In this document: positions 28,986 through 37,639 of the stretch, piece after piece
Layout of the letters: every line of letters begins with the position of its first letter
Numbering within the stretch: the first letter of the stretch is position 1
Source of the DNA: Promethearchaeota archaeon
GTDB lineage: Archaea; Asgardarchaeota; Lokiarchaeia; Sigyniarchaeales; SOKP01
Direction of reading: 5' to 3'
Assembly: GCA_019894975.1 (NCBI GenBank)
Contig: JAGXNO010000008.1
Span: 8,294 to 72,293, forward strand
Length of the DNA stretch: 64,000 nucleotides
Notes under the pieces: generated by a model
What the model was told of the DNA's origin: nothing
What the model saw: the letters and a program-made list of their open reading frames with translations, nothing else
The model's database searches: none
Position numbers and translations under genes: made by a program

Positions 28986-29675
28986 TTATATATTATTCTT
29001 TTTTTCCCGCATGCTGCGAGGGTAATTCGCAAATAAGCTTTGATATAATTTTTCAAATCTACCAAGATGTTCATTTGAGATAATTTCTGGTTCTCCTATT
29101 TGTAAAGCACCCCAGTATATTTTAGCTAATTTTTCTACTAATTCTGCAAATTTAATGGCATGATCAATTGATTTACCACAGACTATAACACCATGGCTAG
29201 CCAATAAAGCAGCATTTTTCATACCGAGTGCATTGAGTGCTACTTGTCCGATTTCTTCTGTATGAGCTTCTCCAAAGGCTGATATGTCAATTGTTCCCCC
29301 TAAGAAAATATACATCTCTTCCATTATAATGGGTATATTTTTCCGAATTGTCGAGAACATAGATGCAAAAGTTGAATGGGTATGTATTACCGACTGGACT
29401 TTTGGTCGGGATTTATAAATCGCAATATGCATTTTTGCTTCTGTGGAGGGTAATTTTCCAGCGCTTAATGGGTTTCCTTCGAAGTCTAAATGTACGATTT
29501 CCTCCTTTTTGAGTGTAGAATATTGGTTAAATGAGGGTGTAATAAAAAATTCTTCTTTCTTACCATTTCGAATACTAACATTACCCTCACCTGTTTCTAC
29601 TAATCCTTTAGAGAAAATAGCTTTTGCTCCTTCGACTACGTCTACTCGAAGCTCATCTTCTTTTGTCAATGACAT
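28986..29675 (-). CDS. Class II aldolase/adducin-family protein (FucA / MtnB / OtnC-like)
   Basis: GEGNVSIR, SVIHTHSTFAS and LLASHGVIVCG motifs (zinc-binding His triad pattern). Confidence 0.8.
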   Translation of the reverse strand: MSLTKEDELRVDVVEGAKAIFSKGLVETGEGNVSIRNGKKEEFFITPSFNQYSTLKKEEIVHLDFEGNPLSAGKLPSTEAKMHIAIYKSRPKVQSVIHTHSTFASMFSTIRKNIPIIMEEMYIFLGGTIDISAFGEAHTEEIGQVALNALGMKNAALLASHGVIVCGKSIDHAIKFAELVEKLAKIYWGALQIGEPEIISNEHLGRFEKLYQSLFANYPRSMREKKNNI

Positions 29676-29848
29676 AATTTAAATAATTAAGAATGGATTA
29701 AAAACCTATTTCGAATTGAGAATAAATGCTAGAATCCAAAATAACGCTCTTCTATAAAAATTCAAAATACTCTATTCTTATATATAAAATCTAACGATAT
29801 CAAAGATGTTAAAGAAATATATTAATTACAGATAAAACCTCTTAAAAT

Positions 29849-30940
29849 ATGAACCGACTGATACTCCATTGTGATTTAGATTGCTTTTTTGCTGCTGTAG
29901 AGATAAGAGACAATCCCCAATATCAAAAAAAACCAGTGATTATAGGAGCGGATCCAAAAAATGGAAAAGGGAGAGGGGTCGTATCGACATGTTCTTATGA
30001 AGCAAGAGAATTTGGTCTTCATTCTGGAATGCCGATATCTCAAGCGTATCTCAGGTGTCCTCATGGTATCTATTTAAGACCAAATATCGAAAAGTATCAT
30101 AAAGCCTCGAAAGAAGTAATGGAAATATTAAATAGTTATTCAAATGATTTCCAACAAATAGGAAGTGATGAGGCATATTTGGAACTTACAGAGATATGTA
30201 GTGATTATAAGGAAGCCAAGGAAATTGCATTCCAAATTCAGAAAGAGGTTATGGAGTGTGTACGATTGACAATATCAATTGGGATAGCCCCAACAAAATC
30301 TCTTGCAAAAATTGCATCGGATTGCAATAAACCAAATGGTGTAAGTGTTTTTGAACCAAATAATTTTAAAGAATTACTAAAAGATATGGATATCACCCGT
30401 GTTCCCGGTATTGGTAAAAAAACAAAGGTCTATTTCTATAAGAAAGGGATTAGAACGATTGGTGATATCCTTAATCTTACGTTAGCGAAGATGGTTTCCT
30501 TATTTGGGGAACATGGTAAATGGATCTGGAATGTAGTAAATGGTTTTGATAATCGAAAAGTCAAGGAATTTCACGAAGGAAGGAAGTCTATCAGTGCAGA
30601 AAGAACTTTTTTTGAAGATACAGATGATTTCAATTCAATTTTATCAAAATTGGAGGATATTAATGAAAGGATTCATAAATCAATTATGAAAAATCATATA
30701 ACATACAAAACTGTTTCATTGAAAATAAGATTTGAAGGCTATCAAACATATACTCGTGCGAAAACCCTCCCTTTTCATATTCAAAACAAGCAAAGAGTAA
30801 TCGAAGTGATTTTAGATTTAATGAAAGAATTTACGAAAAATATGAAGAAAGTAAGGTTGGTTGGGATTAAATTATCCAATTTGGAGAGAAATGGTAAAAT
30901 TCGACAGACTGGAATTCTGAATTATGCATATATTACCTAA
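29849..30940 (+). CDS. dinB: Y-family DNA polymerase IV (Dpo4/DinB)
   Basis: ILHCDLDCFFAAVE, SDEAYLELT, SIGIAPTKSLAKIASD and VPGIGKKT motifs. Confidence 0.9.
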   Translation: MNRLILHCDLDCFFAAVEIRDNPQYQKKPVIIGADPKNGKGRGVVSTCSYEAREFGLHSGMPISQAYLRCPHGIYLRPNIEKYHKASKEVMEILNSYSNDFQQIGSDEAYLELTEICSDYKEAKEIAFQIQKEVMECVRLTISIGIAPTKSLAKIASDCNKPNGVSVFEPNNFKELLKDMDITRVPGIGKKTKVYFYKKGIRTIGDILNLTLAKMVSLFGEHGKWIWNVVNGFDNRKVKEFHEGRKSISAERTFFEDTDDFNSILSKLEDINERIHKSIMKNHITYKTVSLKIRFEGYQTYTRAKTLPFHIQNKQRVIEVILDLMKEFTKNMKKVRLVGIKLSNLERNGKIRQTGILNYAYIT

Positions 30941-31865
30941 ATAATTCAGGTAAGTACTCTTTAATTTGTCTTAAGATCTCCTTGTGAAGCAGCCCATTAG
31001 AAGAAATAATCCCTGGTTTAGTGAAAATGCTTTTACTTTCTTTATATCTTAAAGGTGTACCATCTATATCGGTTACCTTACCTCCTGCTTCTCTGACAAT
31101 TAAATCTCCAGGTAAAAAGTCCCATGTAAACGAACGTTCCAAGTTTATCGGTTTTATATAAAGATCTGCTGTTCCATCAGCGACCATTGCAAATTTAACC
31201 ATACTATCAACTTGAATAAAATTAATTATCCCTATATTTCTTGCGAATTTTATTATCCAAGGTTTATCATAATGTAATGAATGACAGAAACGGAAATCAT
31301 TTAATTTGTTAATTTGACTTACTTTAGTTGGTATGAAATTATTGGTATCATAGGAAACGTGAGTACCATATCCTTGCTCAGCTGAAAAGATAGCTAATGA
31401 TTTACCGTGGTAGTTGGGGGTCGCAATTGCACACGCCTTGGGGACGGAGTTCACCATTAATCCTACACCTACAGCATAGAATAATCCTTTTTGAAAACCG
31501 ATAGTTCCATCGATTGGATCTACAGTCCATTGTCGTTTCGATGATTTCCCACGATATTCAATGTAATCTTTTACGTTATTTATTCCCTCTATATTTAATT
31601 CATTGAAACATTGTTTAACAGAATTTTCTGCTTTTTTGCCAAAATAAGTCAAGTTTTCTTCTTCAGCGATTATCTGATCATCTGAAAAATGATTTTGTAA
31701 CTCAGACACAATAAATATTTGAGAAGCAAAGTCAGCTAAAGTTACTGGAGACTGGTCAGCTTTTAAAAATGATTTGAATCCTTTGCTTCGAAACCATTCG
31801 GTAATTTCAGTAGCTTTCTTTACTAGATTTACTGCTAAAGTTAATTCTTTGTTATACCTTGTCAT
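30933..31865 (-). CDS. Inositol monophosphatase-family phosphatase, probably 3'(2'),5'-bisphosphate nucleotidase (HAL2/CysQ-like)
   Basis: WTVDPIDGT and a C-terminal WDFLPGDLIVREAGG motif. Confidence 0.75.
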   Translation of the reverse strand: MTRYNKELTLAVNLVKKATEITEWFRSKGFKSFLKADQSPVTLADFASQIFIVSELQNHFSDDQIIAEEENLTYFGKKAENSVKQCFNELNIEGINNVKDYIEYRGKSSKRQWTVDPIDGTIGFQKGLFYAVGVGLMVNSVPKACAIATPNYHGKSLAIFSAEQGYGTHVSYDTNNFIPTKVSQINKLNDFRFCHSLHYDKPWIIKFARNIGIINFIQVDSMVKFAMVADGTADLYIKPINLERSFTWDFLPGDLIVREAGGKVTDIDGTPLRYKESKSIFTKPGIISSNGLLHKEILRQIKEYLPELFR

Positions 31866-31898
31866 AAAAAAATGGACGATTTAATTGATATGAATTTG

Positions 31899-31932
31899 AT
31901 CTTTACCTTAAAATTTATCTTTACCTTAAAAT
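31899..31932. repeat. Tandem duplication (period 18 nt) spanning the stop codon of the 31921..34017 gene
   Basis: atctttaccttaaaat occurs at 31899..31914 and again at 31917..31932. On the minus strand this reads ATT TTA AGG TAA AGA TAA / ATT TTA AGG TAA AGA TCA. Confidence 0.85.
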
Positions 31933-34017
31933 CGCTTTTATTTCAAATAGATAATTATCTAAAGAGGCTGAAGCCTTGTTTGAAAGATCAAGCTGATTCA
32001 CCTTCTTTTTTAATTCTGATTCGAAATTATATTGGTTTAGAAGCCATAATAATTTATGAATCTCGATTTTTTTCTTAAAGTCATTATCAATTTTAAAATG
32101 ATTTGAATATGTATTATAAAATGCATCATTAAAAGAAGGTATGTTTAAAGGTTTTAAAATTAAATAATCAATTTTTATAAAATCTTGAGCTCTACTTCCA
32201 ATATACCAATTATCGAAATCTACTAATCCGTTCAGATGAATTGCACCCTGATCCTCTTTTACAATAACATTTTGACTATGAAAATCATTGTGTAATACCA
32301 CAAATTCATTTTCTTCTTCAATCAATGCTTGATTATCGTTATAATAATCTCTTATTTCTTTCCCAAGATCAATTTTATACTTTTTAGCTTCCTGAATCTC
32401 ATTTTCTAATTGATTATTAAAATATTCTGAATAGCTTTTCTTATTTTTTTCCCCAATTTGACTAATGTTTTTATAAAAAGATTTAAATTTAATATTGTGC
32501 AGATTTCCTAAATGTTCACCTAGATTTTCAAAAATATTTATAAACTTTTTAGAATCCAAGTTCTTTCCTTCAGTGATATATTTATTTATGATTTGAAATA
32601 ATGGTTTTCCTCGAATATACTCTTGTACTGAGAAAATATAGGGAATAATTTCTTTACTCTCATCATAGTAGATTAAATTGCTTACAGGCATAATTGGGGG
32701 TTTTTCTTTCTCAAAAATATATGATCCTGTTTTGGAACTAATTATCTCTTTTACTTTTTCTCTTAAATCTGGCTCATCAGGTAGTAGAGTTTTGTCTAAA
32801 AGAGGAAAGAGTAGTTTTTCTTTGACCAAATTTTCATATTGAAAGAATTTACTAGTTCGAAATCTGAATACTAATTGACTTTTTTCAAATTTAACCCTAT
32901 ATATCGTGTTTACATCAGCAATATAAGGTCCCTTAATTTTCATAACTTTTCCTTGATGAACTAAAACATCAATTTTTGAAAAAATATCTATAATATCTTG
33001 AAATTGGTAAAGGTCCTTTGTTCCTATATAATACAGTTGATAAATTTGTTTATTGTTAAGCAATGAATTAACAGTGGCTTCTATTCGTTCTTTACTTATT
33101 GTTTCAATTTCATTTTGAAGCGTAGTAGTGAGATTATTAACTTCTTCATTCGTTGTTGATATTAAATCTCTATATAAATGCAGAAACGCATATTTTAATC
33201 CACGTTTTTCTTGGTCTACTTCAGCTTTAATATCATAAATGTTAGTTCTGATATCGTTAATTTGTTCTTGCAATTGTAGAAGTTCTAAGAGATTATCTTC
33301 TAACGCATAATAGTAGAGTTTTGAAAACATATTGACCAAGTTACTTATACTCGATACAATCCCACTATTTTTTCTTTGGTTCAAGGGGATAAGTTGAAAG
33401 AAATTTTGAGAGTTTTCTTCGAGTCCACAGAAAACTGAAAAATTCTCGTTTAGTAACTCAAGATAAGATTTACACATCTTGATATTATAGAAAGAATCAT
33501 TTAAACCTCTTAAAGATGTGAATTCAGTTAATTTTTTTAACGAAGCAGGGTCAATCTCATTTCTAGCACTTTGAGGAGGATTATTATATAAATAGATCTT
33601 ATTTTTAGGATTAATAGAGCCTAAAATGTTTTCAAAATATGAATTTATTTCATCTGCTGGAAGTTTTTCCAAAGCGGGAGGAGAAATCATGTAATTAAGA
33701 TCTTCATATTTACGACCTAAACTTTCAATTTGGTTAATTACATCATTAGCAGAATCACCATGGATTCCGATAAGGACTGGAATTCTATTTTCAGAAAAAT
33801 TCAATGTTAAATCGATAAGTTTAGACATTTCTTCAAGATTATTTAAAAAAAGTCTCCCGTCCCCCATTCTACCAAACAGCAAGATTGCGTTGGCATCATT
33901 TGTTAAGATATGACGTATAAGAAGTGAATTTAAATTTTCTAAAATTTCACCATTCCTATTGAAAAAAGTTAAAGCATCACAGATAACCCCGTTGATTGGA
34001 GACATTTTAAATTTCAC
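31921..34017 (-). CDS. Fusion protein: N-terminal DapA/NAL-like (TIM barrel) domain plus C-terminal APH/MtnK-type small-molecule kinase domain
   Basis: The N-terminal ~290 aa align by eye with DHDPS (GVICDALTFFNRNGEI...ILLFGRMGDG...RIPVLIGIHG...YLYNNP). The C-terminus has VLHNDFHSQNVIV (HxDxxxxN) and LVDFDNW (DFD). Confidence 0.55.
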   Translation of the reverse strand: MKFKMSPINGVICDALTFFNRNGEILENLNSLLIRHILTNDANAILLFGRMGDGRLFLNNLEEMSKLIDLTLNFSENRIPVLIGIHGDSANDVINQIESLGRKYEDLNYMISPPALEKLPADEINSYFENILGSINPKNKIYLYNNPPQSARNEIDPASLKKLTEFTSLRGLNDSFYNIKMCKSYLELLNENFSVFCGLEENSQNFFQLIPLNQRKNSGIVSSISNLVNMFSKLYYYALEDNLLELLQLQEQINDIRTNIYDIKAEVDQEKRGLKYAFLHLYRDLISTTNEEVNNLTTTLQNEIETISKERIEATVNSLLNNKQIYQLYYIGTKDLYQFQDIIDIFSKIDVLVHQGKVMKIKGPYIADVNTIYRVKFEKSQLVFRFRTSKFFQYENLVKEKLLFPLLDKTLLPDEPDLREKVKEIISSKTGSYIFEKEKPPIMPVSNLIYYDESKEIIPYIFSVQEYIRGKPLFQIINKYITEGKNLDSKKFINIFENLGEHLGNLHNIKFKSFYKNISQIGEKNKKSYSEYFNNQLENEIQEAKKYKIDLGKEIRDYYNDNQALIEEENEFVVLHNDFHSQNVIVKEDQGAIHLNGLVDFDNWYIGSRAQDFIKIDYLILKPLNIPSFNDAFYNTYSNHFKIDNDFKKKIEIHKLLWLLNQYNFESELKKKVNQLDLSNKASASLDNYLFEIKAILR

Positions 34018-34296
34018 TTCTTAAAGTATGGAAGTAATATGAATTTTTATAATGTTATAAGTATATCAACTTTAAAGAGTTAATATGGTTTTTATATAAA
34101 ATATTTTTAAAATTATAGCTCATATTTTATAACTCTCTTATTAATAATTACTTATTTAATTTAAATAGATTTGATAAACCTTTTAAAGAAAGGGTTAATG
34201 TTTTCTGTAAAATTGACGGTATTAGTTTATTGATCGTATCCATTGGCACTTTTAGTTATGTAGAAAACAAAAAGAATATTTTTTTTAATGATCCTT

Positions 34297-35982
34297 CTAG
34301 ATTTTCTTAGATTCTTTAAAAATTTCAAAAATGTCTTTTTCATAATCTATTGTGTCTTCTGGTAATAGGCTTGGATCTTTAACCAGTTTAGCCAAATAAT
34401 AGATTTTTGCCCCTCTTTCAAGGTATTGTAGAACTGTATAAGCGCCTTCTAAGTGGCTTCCGCAACATAAGTTACCGTGATTAGAGAGTAAAACTGCATT
34501 TCTTTCATCCAAGTCCTTTATGACGGTTTCTGCTAATTCTTCTGTGCCCGCTTCTTCATATTTTGCACATAATACTTCACCACCTATATAGGGAACTAAT
34601 TCTTCCATTAACGGAGGGAGGGAGAGATTTAAGGTGCTAAGAACAGTGGAATAAATACTATGAGCATGTATAATCGCATTTATATCTTCTCGCTCCTTAT
34701 ACACACTTAAATGCATTTGCTTCTCTACTGAAGGATTTCTGTCACCATCAATAACTTTACCTCCCATATCAATGATAAGAATGTCTTCTGGTTTCATCTC
34801 AATGTAATTAACATTACTTGGTGTGATTAGCACATATTCAGAATCATCGTCTTTTACTCTGACACTTACATTCCCTGCAGAACCGATCACATGCTTGTCT
34901 TTTAACAGAATTTTACAAAAATCGACTATTTTCTTTCTCAAATCATTAATATCTAGGTTGGAAATGACTTTTTTATCTGTTAAAACTTCGGGATTCATAA
35001 TGTTTCTTGGTATCTTATTGTTTAACCACAATTTGATATCCTCTAAGAGCATTTGAGATTGACGTTCAATTACTTCTTTTGTATCACCCCCAATATGGGG
35101 TGAAATGATGGTATTTGAGAATTTTAGAAATTTATTGTCCTCATCAATAGGTTCTAAGGGGAAGACATCTAAAGCTGCTCCTGCTATTTTTTTCTGTTCT
35201 AATGCTTTCTCTAACGCTTCATAATCAACTAAACTTCCCTTGGCAGTATTTATTAAATAAGCCGTCTTTTTCATTGATTCTAATCTTTTTTCATTGATAA
35301 GATTATCATTCTCATCTGTGGCAGTAGCATGAATAGTTATAAAATCAGAATTTCGTACAAGAAAATCTATATCGACTATATCCCCATATTCATTTGCAAC
35401 TGTTTTTGGTACGAAGGGATCGTAAATAAGGAATTTTACTCCAAAGGCTTTTAATCTTTTTGCTACTCTTATTCCAATTTGACCAAAACCAATAATCCCA
35501 ACCGTTTTTCCTCCTAATTCAGTACCTTTAAATTGCACAAAATAATCTACCCAGTTTTCAAAATCTATAACTTCGAACTTTTCAGAATGAAGAATTCTTT
35601 CTACTTCAGGGATTTTACGAGCAAGCATTAATATATAACAAACGGTTAAATCGGCGACAGCATCAACATTCCTAAAAGGTGTATTAAGGACAGGTAATCC
35701 TTTCTCTGTTGCAGCAATGAGGTTAACATTAAACGGATCTCCTCTGCATGAGATGAGTAATTTTATATTAGTTAACTCATAAAATTCCTTTTTTTTAACA
35801 TCATCAGTCTCCGTAATAAAAATATCTATACCTTCTAGTTTTTCTGCCAATTCTTTAGCATCAAAATATATTTCTCGAGTTTGAACCCATGGTTCATAAA
35901 CAACTTCCATTAATTTTCTTAATTCGTTTAGAACCTCGGGACTTAAACTTGCGGTTACCAAAGCCTTCATATTCATCATCAC
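34297..35982 (-). CDS. Fusion protein: D-isomer-specific 2-hydroxyacid dehydrogenase domain plus class II aldolase/adducin domain
   Basis: NAD-binding GKTVGIIGFGQIGIRVAKRL, then NTAKGSLVD, ALDVFPLEP and PHIGGDT. The C-terminal ~210 aa carry GSAGNVSVR, AIIHAHSIYST and LLSNHGNLCCG. Confidence 0.75.
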   Translation of the reverse strand: MMMNMKALVTASLSPEVLNELRKLMEVVYEPWVQTREIYFDAKELAEKLEGIDIFITETDDVKKKEFYELTNIKLLISCRGDPFNVNLIAATEKGLPVLNTPFRNVDAVADLTVCYILMLARKIPEVERILHSEKFEVIDFENWVDYFVQFKGTELGGKTVGIIGFGQIGIRVAKRLKAFGVKFLIYDPFVPKTVANEYGDIVDIDFLVRNSDFITIHATATDENDNLINEKRLESMKKTAYLINTAKGSLVDYEALEKALEQKKIAGAALDVFPLEPIDEDNKFLKFSNTIISPHIGGDTKEVIERQSQMLLEDIKLWLNNKIPRNIMNPEVLTDKKVISNLDINDLRKKIVDFCKILLKDKHVIGSAGNVSVRVKDDDSEYVLITPSNVNYIEMKPEDILIIDMGGKVIDGDRNPSVEKQMHLSVYKEREDINAIIHAHSIYSTVLSTLNLSLPPLMEELVPYIGGEVLCAKYEEAGTEELAETVIKDLDERNAVLLSNHGNLCCGSHLEGAYTVLQYLERGAKIYYLAKLVKDPSLLPEDTIDYEKDIFEIFKESKKI

Positions 35983-36014
35983 ACAAACATTATGAAAAAT
36001 TAATTAAAAAATAT

Positions 36015-36365
36015 TTAGAAAAGTAAGCTCTTTAATTTTAGTAAGTTCCTTATTTTCCCTTCAACTACTTTTATTTGACCAGAGCTATATGCTTTCACAG
36101 CTCCAATTTCTTTATTAAACAATCCAATTAGGGTCTTTTCAGTAGTAAATTCTATTTTGACAGGTATATCTTTATTTCCAGAATTATTTTCTATTTTAAT
36201 TCCTTTATCTCCATTTACCAAAATAATGAACGAATATCCACTATCCAAAAAGGTAACTTGGATTGGATCATTGTAATTTACTAATTTTCTTCTAACTTTT
36301 TCAGTATTATTATAACGATCTTCAATTTCTTTTAAACAACCTGCAATATCTTCGAATTTTGACAT
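36015..36365 (-). CDS. SCP2 (sterol carrier protein 2-like) domain protein
   Basis: 116 aa ending in ...GAVKAYSSGQIKVVEGKIRNLLKLKSLL, the characteristic SCP2 C-terminal G-x-hK-h-x-G-D/K...L..L pattern. Confidence 0.6.
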   Translation of the reverse strand: MSKFEDIAGCLKEIEDRYNNTEKVRRKLVNYNDPIQVTFLDSGYSFIILVNGDKGIKIENNSGNKDIPVKIEFTTEKTLIGLFNKEIGAVKAYSSGQIKVVEGKIRNLLKLKSLLF

Positions 36366-36478
36366 TACTTTAATATCCCCATTTTATTTTTTACTCTTTT
36401 CAATATTTCATATAAGTGTTGAATGAGTATTAAAGAATTCTTGGCAGTAATTTGATTATAAAATATAGAAAAAAATAA

Positions 36479-36582
36479 CGGGCTATGAGGGATGTGTTCA
36501 GAAAACGCTCAATGCGAGTCCCGTTGAACCCCCGACCTGCCGGTTAAGAGCCGGTTGCGCTACCTGCCTGCGCCAATAGCCC
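36479..36582 (-). tRNA. tRNA-Lys(CUU) with a 30-nt T-loop intron (after position 58; window 36494..36523)
   Basis: Minus strand: GGGCTAT / GCGC-AGGCAGGTA-GCGC / ACCGG-CTCTTAA-CCGGC / AGGTC / GGGGG-TTCAA[30 nt]AT-CCCTC / ATAGCCC-G. The intron 3' end GAAC pairs with exon GUUC to form a BHB. Confidence 0.75.
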
Positions 36583-36608
36583 ATTTTATATTAAAATCAA
36601 TCATCAAA

Positions 36609-36711
36609 ACGCAGATGGAGGGATTCGAACCCCCGAGCGCTTATGCGCACTGGCTCACTTGGTTGTATAATACACTCAAGGCCAGCGTCTTACCAACTAG
36701 GCTACATCTGC
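36609..36711 (-). tRNA. tRNA-Ser(UGA), class II, with a canonical 37/38 intron of 20 nt (window 36655..36674)
   Basis: Acceptor GCAGATG/CATCTGC+G. Anticodon arm CTGGC-CTTGAG[TGTATTATACAACCCAAGTG]A-GCCAG. Long variable arm TGCGCATAAGCGCTC. T-arm GGGGG-TTCGAAT-CCCTC. Confidence 0.8.
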
Positions 36712-36847
36712 TATTTTATTGACATCGATTGATCAAATTAGATTATGTTTACTCTAATAAAATTTTTTTTCTTTTTCATTGCTTTTTGCTTAATTCTCTC
36801 TTGAATTTAAAGAAAAATATAAATTTTATGCTACATAGGGTATTAAT

Positions 36848-37336
36848 ATGAGTGGGGCAAAAGATTTTCGTTATTTAATACCTGAAAGTTTGTTTAAGGA
36901 AATAACTCAAAAGGCGGCGGAAGAATATCCTCAAATTTGCCACGGCTGGTTATTTGCTGATAGAAAAGAAAATTTCGGAATCTGTACTCAATTCACCATG
37001 AATTCCGATTTACGCAGAACAAAAATACATGTAAAACCAAGAAGCTGGATGAGATATAAGAAATCTAAAATCTATAACATGCGGAAGTTTAAACAAGAGA
37101 TGGCGACGGATATTGTATGGCAGTGGCACTCCCATCCTTCCGGTAGTGATAAGCTACACGCTATAGATAAGCGGATCTTAAAATATTTATCAAATGGAGT
37201 TATGATAATCGTTGTACCAGAAGTACCAAATAGAGAACCAGAACAAAAAGCACATCTTGTCGGTTGGTATTATGACAAACGCTATACAAAGAAGCCTATC
37301 ATTGAAAAAATGGTTTTCGAAATAATCTCCGAATAA
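36848..37336 (+). CDS. JAB1/MPN/Mov34 (JAMM-like) domain protein
   Basis: WQWHSHPSGSDKLHAIDKR resembles the JAMM HxHx7Sx2D motif, but with His in place of Ser. 162 aa. Confidence 0.55.
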   Translation: MSGAKDFRYLIPESLFKEITQKAAEEYPQICHGWLFADRKENFGICTQFTMNSDLRRTKIHVKPRSWMRYKKSKIYNMRKFKQEMATDIVWQWHSHPSGSDKLHAIDKRILKYLSNGVMIIVVPEVPNREPEQKAHLVGWYYDKRYTKKPIIEKMVFEIISE

Positions 37337-37465
37337 TTTATTTCAGGTTTATTTCTTCTTTTTATTCTTCTAATCTTTTTTTCAAACAATTTTGTTATAT
37401 AATAAAATATTAAAATTTTGAATCGTTATATTGAAAGTATACCTTATCAAATCTTTAGCAATTAT

Positions 37466-37548
37466 GCAATCGTTGCCTAGCCTGGTACGGCGCTGGTCTG
37501 CTAAACCAGTATCCTACGGATGCGTGGGTTCGAATCCCACCGATTGCG
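37466..37548 (+). tRNA. tRNA-Ser(GCU), class II, no intron
   Basis: GCAATCG...CTGGT-CTGCTAA-ACCAG, variable arm TATCCTACGGATGC, GTGGG-TTCGAAT-CCCAC, CGATTGC-G. Confidence 0.85.
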
Positions 37549-37557
37549 CTTAATTAA

Positions 37558-37633
37558 GGGCCAGTGGTCTAGTGGTGATGACGCCTCGCTTACACCGAGG
37601 AAATCGGGAGTTCAAACCTCTCCTGGCCCACCA
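37558..37633 (+). tRNA. tRNA-Val(UAC), no intron, genomically encoded CCA
   Basis: GGGCCAG...CCTCG-CTTACAC-CGAGG-AAATC-GGGAG-TTCAAAC-CTCTC-CTGGCCC-A-CCA. Confidence 0.85.
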
Positions 37634-37639
37634 TTTCTT

